Assembly: GCA_002633005.1 (NCBI GenBank)
Contig: NMRA01000046.1
Coordinates: 1,203,126 to 1,267,125, forward strand
Reading direction: 5' to 3'
DNA length: 64,000 nucleotides
Source: Phoronis australis
Taxonomy: Eukaryota > Animalia > Phoronida
Made by a program: the position numbers and the translations under genes. This document shows, piece by piece, positions 1 to 13,582 of this stretch. Numbering within the stretch: the first letter of the stretch is position 1; the number at the start of each line of letters is the position of its first letter. The notes below the pieces were generated by a model that was not told where the DNA came from, searched no databases, and worked only from the letters and a program-made list of their open reading frames with translations.

Positions 1-1322
1 AGCTTATTTCTTACTAACTTATGACATCTGAGTTCGTCGTATGAATGTTATGATGTTGTTCATCATCGCCACCTTCATCATCACAATCATCATTGTCGTT
101 AATTTTGCCTATTGTCGCTGAAGACTGTAGGTAGCACTAAAAAGCCAGGCCGCGGCCATGGAGCATTTTCTAGTCCCTAGAATTTATGTTGAGGGCGTGT
201 GTCAGGTTTGGCGGGTGGTTTGAGGAAATTGTTAACAATTGCAAGGAAACTTATTTACTTGTGTTTTTGAATGAGAAAAACCAAGTTTTACCTACTTTTG
301 ATACAAACTGGTAGCTGTCATTTGCTATCAACCCCTGTCGTCTGCTGTCCGAAAAACCAAGTGCGATTTCAGGTGGCTGTCAGACATATCAAATTTGCCA
401 AAAAAGTAGCTGATAAGAGGCTTACTATGACCACACAGTTAGAATCTAGTGAGGACGAGCATTCTGAATCTGTAGTCAGATTTTTTCTAGCACTTGCAGG
501 GAAGTGGTTATTTCAGGGAGAAAATTGTCAAATTTGGCATTTTTTGCAAATAGCATTCTGTGCCGGGATTTTCTTGCCATGTATATTAACCGATCAGAAA
601 TCTGTACAGTTCGATAGTTTTAAACGGGCTTTCATATTAAGATATTCTTCATTTTTCACTAGGACATCTTAACCGATAAACTAATGCAACAGCAATTCAG
701 TTGGTCAGACACGCAGTGTTTATTTGTTTACAATATTTGCTCGCAAAGAAACAACTTCTGGTTTGAAGCATAGCCATTGTAAAAATATATTTAAATATAA
801 AAATTGACTCAAGAAGATTCAAAATAACTTTCCCAGCAAAAAATAAAATATACATAATTACACTATCATACTTCATGTGCAAGAGTCTAGTCAGTAAAGC
901 ATTCATTGCAGAGGGTTTGAAGACATGCCGGACACTTTAACAAATTTAAAGTCCGACTGTAAAAATTAGGAGAAAATAAATTAATCTGCAAATGAGAATG
1001 AGTGAGCATAAAGTTAAATGTCGGCATCACACGGAATGAATAACGTAAATTTAAGGGGCACTTCACTGATGTCTAGCTGCCATTTTGCCAATAATAAATT
1101 CTTCAAAAAAGTGGTTTAGGGTATAAAAATATTAACAAACTCAACCGATTTCAAACTGTTTCTGAATGAGCAAGCACCTCAAACCACAGAAAATGCGTGT
1201 TATTGGTCAGCTAAACAGTGTAAAATGCAGCTTAGTAATTTCTAAAACACAACGTTTTAGAGGAGTAAGCAAATCCAGTGGCCCAGTGACATGCTTGTTA
1301 AATTGTGCGCTATAATAATTAC

Positions 1323-1411
1323 CAATTATCTCTAGAGGTTTTTGACGAACAAATCTGTCCACAAGATTAATAAAAGCTTCAGTCTGTTCAGGCGAGGGTG
1401 TTTCACCATGT
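1323..1411 (-). CDS. RNGTT: mRNA capping enzyme, coding exon 4 (HGETPSPEQTEAFINLVDRFVRQKPLEIIG); the catalytic HCTHGxNRTG exon was not found and should lie left of the window
   Basis: Matches HGExP...TExFI...F...PxExIG. tttcag acceptor, gtaatt donor, 89 nt, phase 2 to 1. Confidence 0.93.
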
Positions 1412-1856
1412 CTGAAATCATATAAACAGCAAAGTGTTAAATTTGCACCAAGCATTCGGTATAACATTCTTAGGATTGAGACAATGAGAACTCACACAGA
1501 AAATGCAAAAGGTTGTTTACCTTAAGCATATTAAGAAGAATTTCAAGTAAACAAAATCCCAATCTGCAATAAAGCATGTAAATTGCACAGACTTCTAAAT
1601 ATTGTTTGAAAGCTTCACTAATGAATCAGACAAGATCATAGGAAACAAAGACTTATTCAATAAGGCTCTAACTTATATCAAAAAGAAATAACCCAGATGT
1701 CACTTCTCACTTCACCCATCACCGCTTTATCTTTTTTCCTGAGCAATAGAATCCTTTACTGAATGTAATCATTAACAAAAACAACGGTTTAACAGCATAA
1801 CTGCTCAACAGTTTTCTTAATATTTACAACATAGACCAATACAGCCAGATACGAAC

Positions 1857-1960
1857 CCTCGACATTGAAGCTTGGTGTATCGACACTCCAACTTGTCTAA
1901 CTCACGACTGTCGTAAAACCTCCTAGTGTTGGTTAAATCAATGAGCAAGCCCATCTTCAG
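1857..1960 (-). CDS. RNGTT: mRNA capping enzyme, coding exon 3 (LKMGLLIDLTNTRRFYDSRELDKLECRYTKLQCRG)
   Basis: Hallmark KMGLLxDLTNTxRFYD and KLQCxG. ttttgcag acceptor, gttcgt donor, 104 nt, phase 0 to 2. Confidence 0.95.
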
Positions 1961-2695
1961 CTGCAAAAGAACGCAGACAAGTGAATACTCCATGTGTGTG
2001 AGTAGGGTACAAAGACATTATGAAAAAAATGCTGTGCTGCAGTGATAAATATCACCAGCTTAAATATATTGACAACATTAGATTTATTTGAACAGCAGCA
2101 AAAAGTTGTTGTTTGTGGAACACAAAGTAAACTTCTCTACAGACATGACTGAAGGCTATATGTCGTCTGGGTTACTGCCCAGGGTGCTTAAATTGGGAAT
2201 CTAAAAAAACAGGGTTGGGGGCAGATTGAAGAAACTGACTTCGACGGGCTAAAGTGGAATAGCGCACACGATACAGTGGCGCCGTGATTCCGAGCATGAT
2301 TGGGTTTTTACGTACCTCGGCCAGTGCTCGTCATGTCTTGGAACTGAGGTATTCTTACAGATAGACTGCCTTCAGTAGGGCAAGTTTCTTGAGAGAAAAG
2401 TGAGATCATGCAAGACTACGCTAGATCGTCATGTATTGCTACGGGAAGCAGGTGATTTTGTAAAGATATGCTGCCCCTAGCTCCTTTCGCAACCAAACAT
2501 GTGCTAATGATTGACAGTCGGTCTTTCTTCTAAATACTTTGAACCTAGTTTAAACAATGTAACATTTTATATACATTATATATTTCTGTGTTGAACAGCC
2601 AACACCAATCTCCCAGAAATTGTTCAAAGCACGTGCTCAACAAAACGATACTACTATTAGGCAATAGGGGTGGTCAATCGGCTACGAAAATAATG

Positions 2696-2829
2696 AAGCA
2701 AAACACATCATGTAAAAAGCAAAAACACATCATGTAAAAAGCAAAAACACATCATGTAAAAAGCAAAAACACATCATGTAAAAAGCAAAAACACATCATG
2801 TAAAAAGCACAAACACATCATGTAATAAG
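2696..2829. repeat. Minisatellite, 22-bp unit aaaaacacatcatgtaaaaagc, about 6 copies
   Basis: Directly visible tandem array in an RNGTT intron. Confidence 0.95.
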
Positions 2830-4026
2830 TCAACGGGCAAACAAGAGTTCAAAAAAATAAGTTTTTGACCATGTAGATGTGGATAGAATATTCGACTTGT
2901 GCTTAATTACAAGATGATTTCTTGCACTGTTGCTTTTGGTTGAGCGCTTCCATTTTGGTGTCAGGAGTGAGTCATTAAAAACAAGCCTTTAATGAAGACA
3001 CGGAACAATGGCCAGTATCTCCTTGTATTTAAAACTGACAATGCATCCAAAATAATGTCGGTGGAATTTCCAAAATCATTGGTCATGTACCAGCCGAGTG
3101 TGCTCGTGTTTTTTTTTTAAATTCATTGTTCAGGGTGATGATGTTTAGTTTAATGGCAGGGGAATACAGGAAGGTAGACAACGGACTTGAAATTCTTGTC
3201 AAGTACCACTTTGTTGGTTCTTCCACGGCAATGAAATACATTATAAGACAAGATCTGTCTTAGTGATCAGTGCATGCTGACACGAGTTCCGCGCGTGAGC
3301 TAAAGGAAACAATTGTGTCTCCTTCAGTAAAGAGCATGAGAATATTTTACCGCTATAGTAAGGCAAGTTTCAGGTTCCGCTAAAACTGATTGATTGTCAT
3401 TGAAAGGTAAGAGAGTTGCGCACGTTTTGGAATTTTAGTTTTGCGAGACCAACGTTCACAAAAGCACAACCTTTTAAGGAGGTCTCAATCATAAAAAATT
3501 GGGGTGGGCTTAAAAATGAAAAAATGAAAATTTCGAGGATGGGCGGTAAACTGAGCATGGGCTGTAACTCGGATGAGTACGGCAATAAGACTTGTGCTGC
3601 TATAAATCAGTGTATTGATATGGCGCAAGTAAGAATTTTTAGTCCTTTTACATGCTGCATGTTGGTCACATCACCTGAGCTACAATTAAGTCTGAAAACA
3701 TCTCTGCTCAACCAGGGTTCGAACGCGGGACTTTCTGCTAACCATGTAGACACTCCAGTCTACTGAGCTATTGGGACCACTGGTAGATTACAGAAACCCA
3801 ATAAGATATATAGGAGACATCCTTCCCAAACTTCGTAGTGCATAAACATGGATGATGACAATATAGAAGAGTGCATTGATACGGTATAAGTAAGAGCTAT
3901 TAGTCTTCTTACACGCCTTATCTTGGTTACATCATGTGAAAAGATCCGTCTCGACCGGGTTTCAGTCCCATGACTTTCTGCTAACCATTTGAGCCTCAGG
4001 CAAGACACAGAATTTTTCAGACTTAT

Positions 4027-5701
4027 AGTAGAATGCCACCCGATTTAATTAGTCTTTTTTACTGTCTTAATCGGTATATATCCACATCGTCTCTTATACG
4101 GTCGACCTCACCTTGCCGAGAGGTGTCGCGTTTACCTGTAAGGAAGGTGAGAAATGACGCAGCGACGTCAGTGGTTCATCTGACAGAGTCAATGCCGCTA
4201 TATTGCGGTGCATCGTTCCCGCTTGTGCAAACTATGAAGCTGCAAAGAAAGCTGGTATATCATTTTTTCGACTTCCTTGAGAGCCCGAAATGATTAGGAA
4301 GTGGCTCGCGGTAGTGAAGAATGAAAGGTACCGGTATGCTGTTACTAGCAAGTATGAGGCCGTGAAACATCTCCGTCATGTGGCCAGCATTTCATCGACA
4401 GTGATTTCTCTGACAAATTCCGGCTTACCAAAGAACTATCCATACATTCCGTTGCCTATGCATGTTCACGACGCCTCTCTAGTATTTCTTGATAAGTGTA
4501 TTCCGGTTCGAACTGACAGCCTGTGAAACCTAACGATCCGACCAGTGAAGTCTTCGTCGGATGAGCTCTTGACTAGGTCGGGATTGGCGCTGGGCGAGTT
4601 GCCATGCAGACGTTTATTATTCTGCGTTCCTTCAAAATGAATTATTCTCATCCTAAAATGATACTAACCAAATTCTTATATGAAACTGAAACAAAGTCTG
4701 TCTCATTAGATACAATTTGTAATGCCTTGGAGTGCTCGTGAGTGCAAATGTTTTGAGAAGCCAGCAATGAATAAACCACTGCGTTGCCGGCTTTTGATGC
4801 TGGCAACAAAGGTAATTGACCGGACGCCGAGGCCGTGTGCGTGCATGCTAATTCAGTGTTTGATGACAGAAAGCTGTTGTGAAACAATTACTAAGCGATT
4901 TTATATTAAGGGAATATTTATTTAGAAATACAAATACATTTATTAATTTATTCAAATCATTGTTACTGTACAACCATTGCCCTGACAGTCTGTGGAAGGG
5001 GAATCCGACTTCGCGGCCCCACAAATAAGCAGATTTTCAGTTTCGTGGCTAATTCAGTGACATAAATAATTATGTGTACATTATTTTTTGGCTCACTATT
5101 ATAGTCTGTTCGTCACTGGATGTTTGGTTTCCAACTCAAGCTGGTTTATGTTCGTGCCAGTCCCGGCGGCCGCAACGGGCTTGATCGGGTTCCGAGCCAC
5201 TGGCCGGGATAACAAGCGTTTTGTGTGTATAGAACTCAAAAAATCACAAGTATAAACAACACAGATCTAGGTTCTCCTGTCTGTATTTCACGGAAGAATA
5301 CTTCGAATTTATCTCCGAACAGACCCCAAAATCCTGTTATGGCCGGACCTTGGTAAATTGACCTGCCGAACTTTGTAAGCTACGGTGTGTCCAAATATCA
5401 GTAAATCCTTAACAGTGACATAAAACAACACGTTTTTAAAAGAACTCGGTGTATTTTTAAGGGTTTTACATCGAAGTTTGATGATTTATTGGTGTTAAGC
5501 GATGAATTCAAGCGATAAGCTGATATCACTAACCCGTGTTGTGAACTGCTGAACAGACTGCGTGTGAAACCAATTACGTCATTGGATAATATCAACATCT
5601 CCGTCTGCCGTCAGGTAACGCAACCGAACCTGCCGTTGTCAAGTAGAACTACTCGATCTAAATTGATACAAAATAGGTTGTTTTTTGGGTGGCATTCTCC
5701 T
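4027..5701 (+). mobile_element. Kolobok-type DNA transposon, internally deleted copy 1 (THAP remnant)
   Basis: TIR AG(T/G)AGAATGCCACCC...GGGTGGCATTCTCCT flanked by ttat/TTAA. Disrupted THAP CIVPACANYEAAKKAGISFFRLP*EPEMIRKWL...CGQHF at about 4205-4400. Colinear homology with 45390-47606. Confidence 0.8.
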
Positions 5702-5705
5702 TTAA

Positions 5706-6550
5706 AGATGCTTTGTCCCATGAAAACTGTGAATATTTAAATTTGCAACAAGCGCCACCAAGTGACTTCCTGGAGAACTAAAGTATGCAGAAGTGTAATC
5801 AGGAAACAAAGCAATTTGTAAATAAAATGTGGTTTTAAAGAAAAAACCACAACTGATACAAACTTAAAAACAAGTGTCAGCAAAAAAATTGTGGTAATTT
5901 CAAATATTATGCAATTATTTGATACTGAAATAAACAAGTAATAAAAACACTCTCTAAAAGGTTGCCTTTTGTGACGTTCTGGAAAAATACTGTGGAAAGC
6001 GTCACAATTTTTCACATGGAATTACTGAAGATGTAAATGGATATGAATCCTAATTTTCCTGTGGTAATCTGCATCCAAAAAGATACCCTTAAAATGTCTC
6101 TATAGTCAAGTCCCTACAAGATCTTAGTCAGTACAGAAGGTAAAGGCCAACGACAACTGAGGTCTGGCTAATCGGCCGACACTCCTCACAGTGACCACAA
6201 TGAAAGCATTTGTTGTGTAGTTTCATTTTGCTGTCACCTAGAACAACATTCAGCATCCCTTGGAAATCCCCACAACATTGCCATTACTGTAATGCAACGA
6301 GGCACACTTTTTATTATTTGCTTATTTCCCTATCAAATAAGGATTGCGTAATATTTGGGATTACTAGGAATTTTATGTGTTCACACTCATTTTTAAGTGT
6401 ATCTATCAGTTGTGGCGTTTTTAAAACTGCAATTTATTTATAAATTGTTTCTTTTCCTGATTAAACTTGTACACACAGTTCTCCAGGAAGTCCCTAGGTG
6501 GTGCTTGCTATTAATTTGAATATTCACGGTTTTCATGAGACATAGCACCT
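5706..6550. mobile_element. Foldback MITE with about 270-bp inverted arms and TTAA target sites
   Basis: ttaa-AGATGCTTTGTCCCATGAAAACTGTGAATATT... mirrors ...AATATTCACGGTTTTCATGAGACATAGCACCT-ttaa; arms about 5706-5980 and 6290-6550. Confidence 0.85.
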
Positions 6551-6867
6551 TTAACTATAGGAATGTTTAGCAAGATGTCATTTTGACATCATTATGACAT
6601 TTTTTGACCCAGCATGACAGCACGTCTATTCTTATTTCCGTGTCCAAATGGTGTCTTTTACTGCCATGACACATCACACTAAACATCCAAAAAGGTCATT
6701 TTATAAGTGAAGACTAATAATTCTTACTTACAACAGCCCTTCAGTTCCTTTCACAACTTTAAGGCCCTCATAATGTGGATATATTCAGGTGTAAACAAGA
6801 TGCTGGCGAACTAAACAATGTCCTATTTTCCACTGCCTATGTCAGTGAAACTATCACCAATACTTAC

Positions 6868-6977
6868 GTTTGCACCTTTTAGGGACATAAAAAGCAGGTC
6901 CAACCCAAACCTGCACTCCTCAGGAATCTGATCATCATATCGTGAACTCAGCGGTGTTTTGAATGGCAACAGTTTAC
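6868..6977 (-). CDS. RNGTT: mRNA capping enzyme, coding exon 2 (GKLLPFKTPLSSRYDDQIPEECRFGLDLLFMSLKGAN)
   Basis: Matches RNA triphosphatase domain (FLPLKTxLxxRYD...RF). ttacag acceptor, gtaagt donor, 110 nt, phase 1 to 0. Confidence 0.93.
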
Positions 6978-7411
6978 CTGTAACAGCAGCAAGAAATGTA
7001 TTCAATTACATTGTCACTTTAATGTCAAGTAACTCAAATTATTCTACCATATGATGCCAACCTAACAGTTCAGACCAGTTCAGACCAATTCAGACCAGTT
7101 CTTTTTAGATTGGAATCCCAGAGGCTTTTTGGGCATGAAGAGGTAACCATTTTGCTAAGGTATCACACTTGTCCTTCATCATCACCATGAAGTTAACAAC
7201 CTAAACATCAATCAGTTGATGACACTGGCTGTGTAGTTAACATACAAGGACTGGTCAAGATATTAGTAGTAGTAAAGGAGAATGGACGAAAAGGAATGAT
7301 AAAGAAAAGATATGGAGATTAATAAATAATAACAACTGGATCACAACAAAACTTAACAAACACAAAACAAAGTAACAAAAATAGGGAATCACCGGATAGA
7401 AGTAGGCTGAG

Positions 7412-7718
7412 ACAAGGCATCACATAATTTAATATGATCCGGGTTCATGCCACAACAAGGCATCACGTAATTTAATATGATCCGGGTTCATGTCACAACA
7501 AGGCATCACGTAATTTAATATGATCCGGGTTCATGTCACAACAAGGCATTACGTAATTTAATATGATCCGGGTTCATGTCACAACAAGGCATTACGTAAT
7601 TTAATATGATCCGGGTTCATGTCACAACAAGGCATTACGTAATTTAATATGATCCGGGTTCATGTCACAACAAGGCATCACGTAATTTAATATGATCCGG
7701 GTTCATGTCACAACAAGG
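7412..7718. repeat. Minisatellite, 43-bp unit acaaggcat(c/t)acgtaatttaatatgatccgggttcatgtcaca, about 7 copies
   Basis: Near-perfect head-to-tail array without spacers. Confidence 0.95.
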
Positions 7719-8589
7719 GCGAGGTTGGGGTTTAGGTATCTCAATGCTCAGAAATGACCATCTGGCAGATTGGTTTTGTTGGCCATGAGAATGACACGAA
7801 AAAATCACTAGATCAATTTTTCTAGTGACCGTCTAAAAATACTCGGAAGCATCTACTATGTAATCAACTGTGTTAAAATTGGCCACTGCCAAACACATTC
7901 AGAGGTGGGGAGTATCAGTCAGATGATTTTGACTGGGGACAAAATTGAATTAGATCAAGCCAAGAGGTAACCGTGTGAAACCACTTGCACAACGGAATGA
8001 CAAATCCTGCGGAGGGTAACCCTTGCCAGACATGATCAAACCTCTGATTTGAGCTAGATCAACCCACTAGGTAGTTGGTAATCAACTCTTAAATAGGGTT
8101 GAAAATCCGCACAGTGAAAGCGTAGAAACAAGTGCCAAACATATTACACTCAAATTGCATGTCAAACATTAACCCGCATGCATCGAAATTGCAATTACGC
8201 GAACACATTTATCTCAGAAATAATATGGCAAATAAAAGTGCAACAAAATCAAGCCTTTCGATGGAAGTTATTCACTGCTTGTCACTGTGCCATTTGCGAT
8301 ACCTTGATGGTGAGGCATTTAATCATATGGAATCAGTAACTTCCAATGACTATGAGTGCGTAAAATGAACAGCTCTTATTCAAATTCAGTGGCTATTGAC
8401 TAACTAACCTAAACCTACTTCCACTTGATGTTCCCATGAAGTGCAACCTTAAGGCATCAGTTACACACGTCTACTAGTTTCCACCCAATCTAACTTAACT
8501 ACATCATATGTACTTGATATAGGATGCTACAGTCGTGTAGCTACTAATGGATTACATGACGTGACCACTAAATACTTCAAGTCCATTTG

Positions 8590-8700
8590 GACGGGACGGT
8601 GATCCATTGCAGGTTACTTCCCAGTCATGGTGGTACTCATTTTAAACACCCGAGTTGACTGGAACAATGCAGTTTTAGTGCTATTCACAAGGACACAATC
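8590..8700. mobile_element. Possible SINE fragment
   Basis: ggtactcatttt...gagttgactggaacaatgcag...caaggacacaa resembles the reverse strand of common tRNA-derived SINEs; recognised from memory only. Confidence 0.3.
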
Positions 8701-9174
8701 ATCAGTTCATGTGACCTTTGAGAGTTGATTACCCTTAACTAAAATGAAAAGGCATCATTATCTCTTTAATAAAATCATATTTGTCAAATTTCATGAAATT
8801 CCACCAGGGAACTCCAAAGATACACAGACAAACACAAAAATATAAAATTGCCACTGTGGGCACAGTGGTAGTCAGATCAATCTGAAACAAGTTGTCGTCT
8901 ACCATCAGCTTCAATGGACATATCTACCGTAGCCAAATGTTGATGATCGTGTAAGAGGTTTATGAAGCATCGGATGTCGAATGCCCAAATAAAATGCCAA
9001 AATGCAGCTACGGGACAGTCTAAAAATTGGCTCATGCCATCCCATCCAAGTTTTTGGAGGAACAGCAGCGGAGTAATGTCGGATGACAGAGAGCACACAC
9101 ATACGCATGCATGCACAGATACACACAAATAAATGTGAATACTCAGTAGTAATACCATCCTTAAGACCACTCAC

Positions 9175-9229
9175 CAGCAATTAGCATTCCTTTCCGTGGA
9201 CAGTGCAGCCATCTGGGAGGTATAGCCAT
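9175..9229 (-). CDS. RNGTT: mRNA capping enzyme, first coding exon (MAIPPRWLHCPRKGMLIA-G)
   Basis: Manual translation matches the conserved capping enzyme N-terminus (IPPRWLxCPRxG). Acceptor tttctag 6 nt upstream of the ATG; donor G|gtgagt, phase 1, fits the next exon. Confidence 0.93.
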
Positions 9230-10039
9230 GATAATCTAGAAACAAAAATATTAATGAATGGACCAGTGTCTCGTGTCTTAAGCAACAAAGCTGTGTGTTA
9301 CACTTGAGGAGTGAAGACTGGTTCTCTCCATGAAACTTGTTAATTAAGAGTTTGAATAAAGACAACAACTTTTCTAAAACGTACCGACATGTTTCGGCAG
9401 TAAAACATCCACCATTGTCAACCTTTAATCAGAGCATGGATGCCAGGATGGCTACTGGTACAATAAATTCCAATACATGCAAAAATACCATAACAAGATT
9501 GACTAGCAATCAGCAAATCACAACAGTGTCAATGACTCATGGGAAACTTGTGCACTGAGTGAGGGCATTTCTGAAGACTGAATGGGAACGGCCTCATGCA
9601 GTTTCAAGTGATAGCGAATAGTACCACTGTCAATGACCACAAAGCAGTGTCTTTATCCAAACTATACTCGGGTTAGTCAGTGCAAGATCTTTTGGTTTAA
9701 TTAAAAATTCCAATCATCCGTATGTTCCACAATGTTGGAACATACTGTAGGGTCAGGGCAACATTAATCTGGTCACAGTAACACCGTAGGGTTAATCCAC
9801 ACCATATGTTTTGGGGATCAAAAACTTGGCTACCAGGGTCGTTTTGTACAAGTAAAACGACTATTGCAGTCACACGGTTGACAAGTGACGTGACTATTAG
9901 AGAAAAACTCAAGTTCATCCTGACTGTAACAATTGTTTTGTTGTACGTCCCAGTAAGGTTTCAGGATAGTTTCTGTTGCAGATAAATATTTCAGCCAAGA
10001 TGCAAATACAAAATTCAGTCTCTTTTTGGCAAACCATCC

Positions 10040-10480
10040 TTTAATGTACAGCCACTGCATTGCACTGTGGCTTCAAAGCACTCCAGACATCACAACTTGA
10101 TATCCCCAGATGCAAAAAGCCAATTTTTGGGTGGTGTCAAGGTAGGCCAGGGACCTCCCCGTAGGTAAAACAGTCACTCCCACCCCAGTGTCAAACTTGA
10201 ACTTGAGGATTTTGTCATAGTCGCCCTAGGTATGTACACAAAGTGAGCTTACTAAGCCCTTTTCATTGGGTGATACTTCGCCTAAAAACGTCGCTGGAGT
10301 TTTGGTAGATTCTCTGCTACTATTGTCATTGGAGGGAACTGAGAAAACCTCTTTCACCATTTCCTCTACCTGCGATTGGGGCTTGTTCATATCGAACAAA
10401 CACAAGCCCAATGACCTCGTCATTTAGACTCTGAGAATCGCGCAGGGCATCGCTCACCATTCCCGTGTGTGCCATTTTAC
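10040..10480 (-). mobile_element. Degraded Ty3/Gypsy LTR retrotransposon gag-protease remnant
   Basis: Broken zinc knuckle CPAR...GHWACVC, then FLGEV, then retropepsin-like KFKFDTGVGVTVLP, in the expected order, with stops and frameshifts. Confidence 0.65.
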
Positions 10481-10614
10481 TTCTTCCAGTTTTCAACAAA
10501 TGATCAAAATACCAATCCTTATATTTTGGCGCATGTTAGTGATAAAATGAACTGTGCATATCTGTGAAAATAACAACAAAACAAAGTGTGGGTTAGTGCC
10601 AGGATAAAAACAAG

Positions 10615-11445
10615 TTTTATTGTTTACTGAGTAAGGTTGATGTTTGAGATGTGACCTGTGAACATGTCTATTGTTTCTGACAAGATGGCATGTTGTGGGA
10701 GTCTATCCCAGAGTAAAATGGTAGATGGAAAGAAAGAGTTTGCATAGTATGTAGTGTGGATATATGTTCTCTCGAAGTTGTGAGAGTGGTAATTAGATGA
10801 TCTAGAATTAAGTAGGAGTGGAAGGTATGTGTGGGTAATGGCAACCAGGTTGTGTACGGACTTGTACACGAAGGACAGTTGATTTTGAGCACATCTTTCT
10901 TGACGAGTATGCCATTTGAGAGTAAGCATAGACGAAACAGAGGAATATCTGAAGTGGTCGTTTAGGACAAATGGCTGCTCTACACTGTATTCTTTCTACT
11001 TTGGAGTGAGTGGAAGGATCCCAGACTTAGGAGGAATATTTAAGTTTGGGTCTATCTAGTAAAGTGTAGGCCAGGGCTTTTGTTTCATGGGGAGCATATT
11101 TGAGGATGCATTTAATGAAGCCACGAGTTATGTTTGTGTATATGTGAGGGTTCAATGACAAATTATATGTAAGAGTGACCCCAAGGTATGGGGCTTGATA
11201 TATGCATTTGAGCAATGAGTTGTGAAGACTGTAATTGTATGTTTTGGGAGAACGTTTTCAGTGAATACATAGAATATTGCATCTGGAAAAGCTGAAGTCC
11301 ATTTTCCAGGATTTTTCCCTGGAGGCTAGGGAGTCTAAGTCTTGTTGAATTATTTGGCAATGATGGGGAGAAGCAATAGGTCTATAGAGTAATGCATCAT
11401 CGGCAAAGAGATGGACACTGTGAGGATTCTTTGAATGCATCCCCA
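10615..11445 (-). mobile_element. 5'-truncated CR1/L2-group LINE (RT C-terminal half)
   Basis: LFADDALLYR...QQDLDSL...WKMDF, YLGVTL, KALAYTLLDRPKLKYSS and SFFPSTILLWDRLP across frameshifted ORFs; AATAAA just after the stop. Confidence 0.9.
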
Positions 11446-12166
11446 GATGTCGTGGCAGTTATTGGCATCGTAATTTCATTAGGCTGAAAATTACTGGCAC
11501 CTGATGATGTGTGGCAAGTATTTAGCACGGCTCCGAGGAACAACACCGTTTCTTGCCCCACTTGTTGCTTGGCATGCAGTCCATCATCTCTGACCCTCTA
11601 CATGGTCTTTTATCAGCAATCATTCTAACTCACCAAACTCACAGATCAGAGTGAGAGTATGCAAATTAGTGACAAAATGATCGAAGGACTACCCTTCCAA
11701 TTGTTTGTGACAATGGAATTTCCTACGTGACAATGCGGAGCGGTGTACAATATTCTTCGAACTTGGTTAAAACTTGGTTTTGAAACTCACTTATGAGTGG
11801 GTCAGCAGTTTCATCAATGGAGCTACAACGTCTGTAGCTCAACTAGAGACGGTGGTGCGCCAGGTGACGGGTTATCAATGTCTACTACTCAGGGTACTGT
11901 ACTAGTCTATTGCAATTGGTGGCACAGTGGCACGGCAGCAGTCGGGCAGTTAGGCAATGACCATCGCCTCTGTTGGCCCGAAGCAGAGTGAGACGCCAGA
12001 CGGTGTACACTACTAATAAGGAGACGCGTACTCTTCTGGCCAATTGTCTCCTCCACAGACCATCCAGACTGACCAACAAAAAAACCAATTGTTATGCATT
12101 CAGAAGCAAATCAATTTCAATCAAAACTAAACATACAAAATTAAATTGCACTCACAAGGCACTTAC

Positions 12167-12250
12167 TTTTTGTTGTGACGGAAGTGAACCGGTGAAAAGC
12201 ATGTTTCGACAGATAGCCTACTGAAGATTTATCCAGTCACCAGGTGGCGA
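12167..12250 (-). promoter_or_regulatory. Putative RNGTT promoter and leader exon
   Basis: Strong donor AAA|gtaagt at 12166. ETS-type CGGAAGTG at 12179-12186 and CTCF-like CACCAGGTGGCG at 12238-12249. The ATG exon has an acceptor just 5' of it, so an upstream exon is expected. Confidence 0.45.
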
Positions 12251-13582
12251 TGCTGTACTAGAATTTGTTATGTGTCTCAGCCTACCGAAACATCGAAAAT
12301 CATCGGTGGGAAAATTGTGAACCATGAAATCAGTTGATCATTGTTTTATTTTTTATTTTAGTTGGAGTGAATCTTGGAACTGGAACCAGCAAATGTAGGC
12401 CTATCGCACACGGAATCAGGAGGTTGATGGGATTTTGATTCAAAACATGGATCAGGCCCGTAGCCAGCCGCAGCATGATTGGGCGGGAGGTGGTTCGGCG
12501 GATTTCTAGAAAGGTGGACCTTTTGCAAGCGTCAATTACTCGAGTTCTTGGTAAGGCACTTGACGCAAGTTAATTATGGGGAAGGGAAATCTGTATCCAC
12601 GGCAACGATGGCTCTCAGCTCTATGTTCCTGAGATAAGACGGAGATACCATAGAGGATGTCATGACGGTAGCTCGCACTGAGAACAGGGATCAAATTCGG
12701 CCGTAATGTGGTCCATAAATATAGACTAACGTTCTCGCCATACCGTGAAAAATACGATTGTACTAATGACACGTGTGGTTTTGTTCTGGGAAGTTCAGGG
12801 ATGGGTTCACAATTAGGTAAACCAAGTAGGCCTAAGTTTCTGTGGCGATCAAATCTACTACTGTTTTTGGTACTTCAAAAATAAAATATTAAAATGAAAT
12901 AACAATAACCGGTATGAAACATAGTAAAACCCATGGCCGAAGATAAACACAAATTAACTTTTTTAATCATTTTGTAATATTTAAAATGTTAAAACTGCTT
13001 TCTACAGTTGCAGGCTGTAACTTTGTGCAAATGGTGAATGCCATAGAAAACAATTTGGGTGTTCTAACAACCATCATTTTTGAGACAGTAGTGCTAGCTA
13101 TTACCTTCCGACTTCAGTAGCTCAGATCTACGTCAATACAAAGAGCGAGCTGAATTGGCATCATAAAAATTGTCTCAGTGGGGCTAAGGGAATCTGAGCG
13201 AGAAGTTCTCCACATGGCGTTAGGCCTACCTACTGCCAAACTTTCAAACTGAGTGATTACACCTCATTACATACTCCGATGGAAATATTTAGTCAGAGAA
13301 TGGCTTGACGTAATTTTTCATCTGATAGTATTTGTTAATAAAAGTTGCTTACATCGCTGGAAATGGGAACAGCCCACTATTCCGTCGGTTCACTATTCCG
13401 AAGGTTCACTACTTCGAAGGTTCACCACTCCGAAGGTTCACTTCTCCGAAAATGTCTAAAATTTCTGAATTTGTGTAATTGCGGTACTTTTACATGCAAA
13501 AATAAGCGACACTTTGGTTATTAGATGCAACTATACCGACAACAATACGCCCGACTAATAAATCGCTTTGTTTAGATTCCAG

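Noticed and set aside
271-672. 133-aa plus-strand ORF
   Set aside because: No recognisable motif; antisense within an RNGTT intron.
7412-7718. 43-bp array as a CRISPR-like locus
   Set aside because: Contiguous units with no unique spacers, no cas genes, eukaryotic intron context.
8877-9920. Extension of the Gypsy remnant into RT/integrase
   Set aside because: Only vague resemblances, and the true RNGTT ATG exon lies inside this interval.
13374-13452. 16-bp repeats as CRISPR or iteron array
   Set aside because: No spacers; mirrored at 14505-14575, consistent with transposon subterminal repeats.
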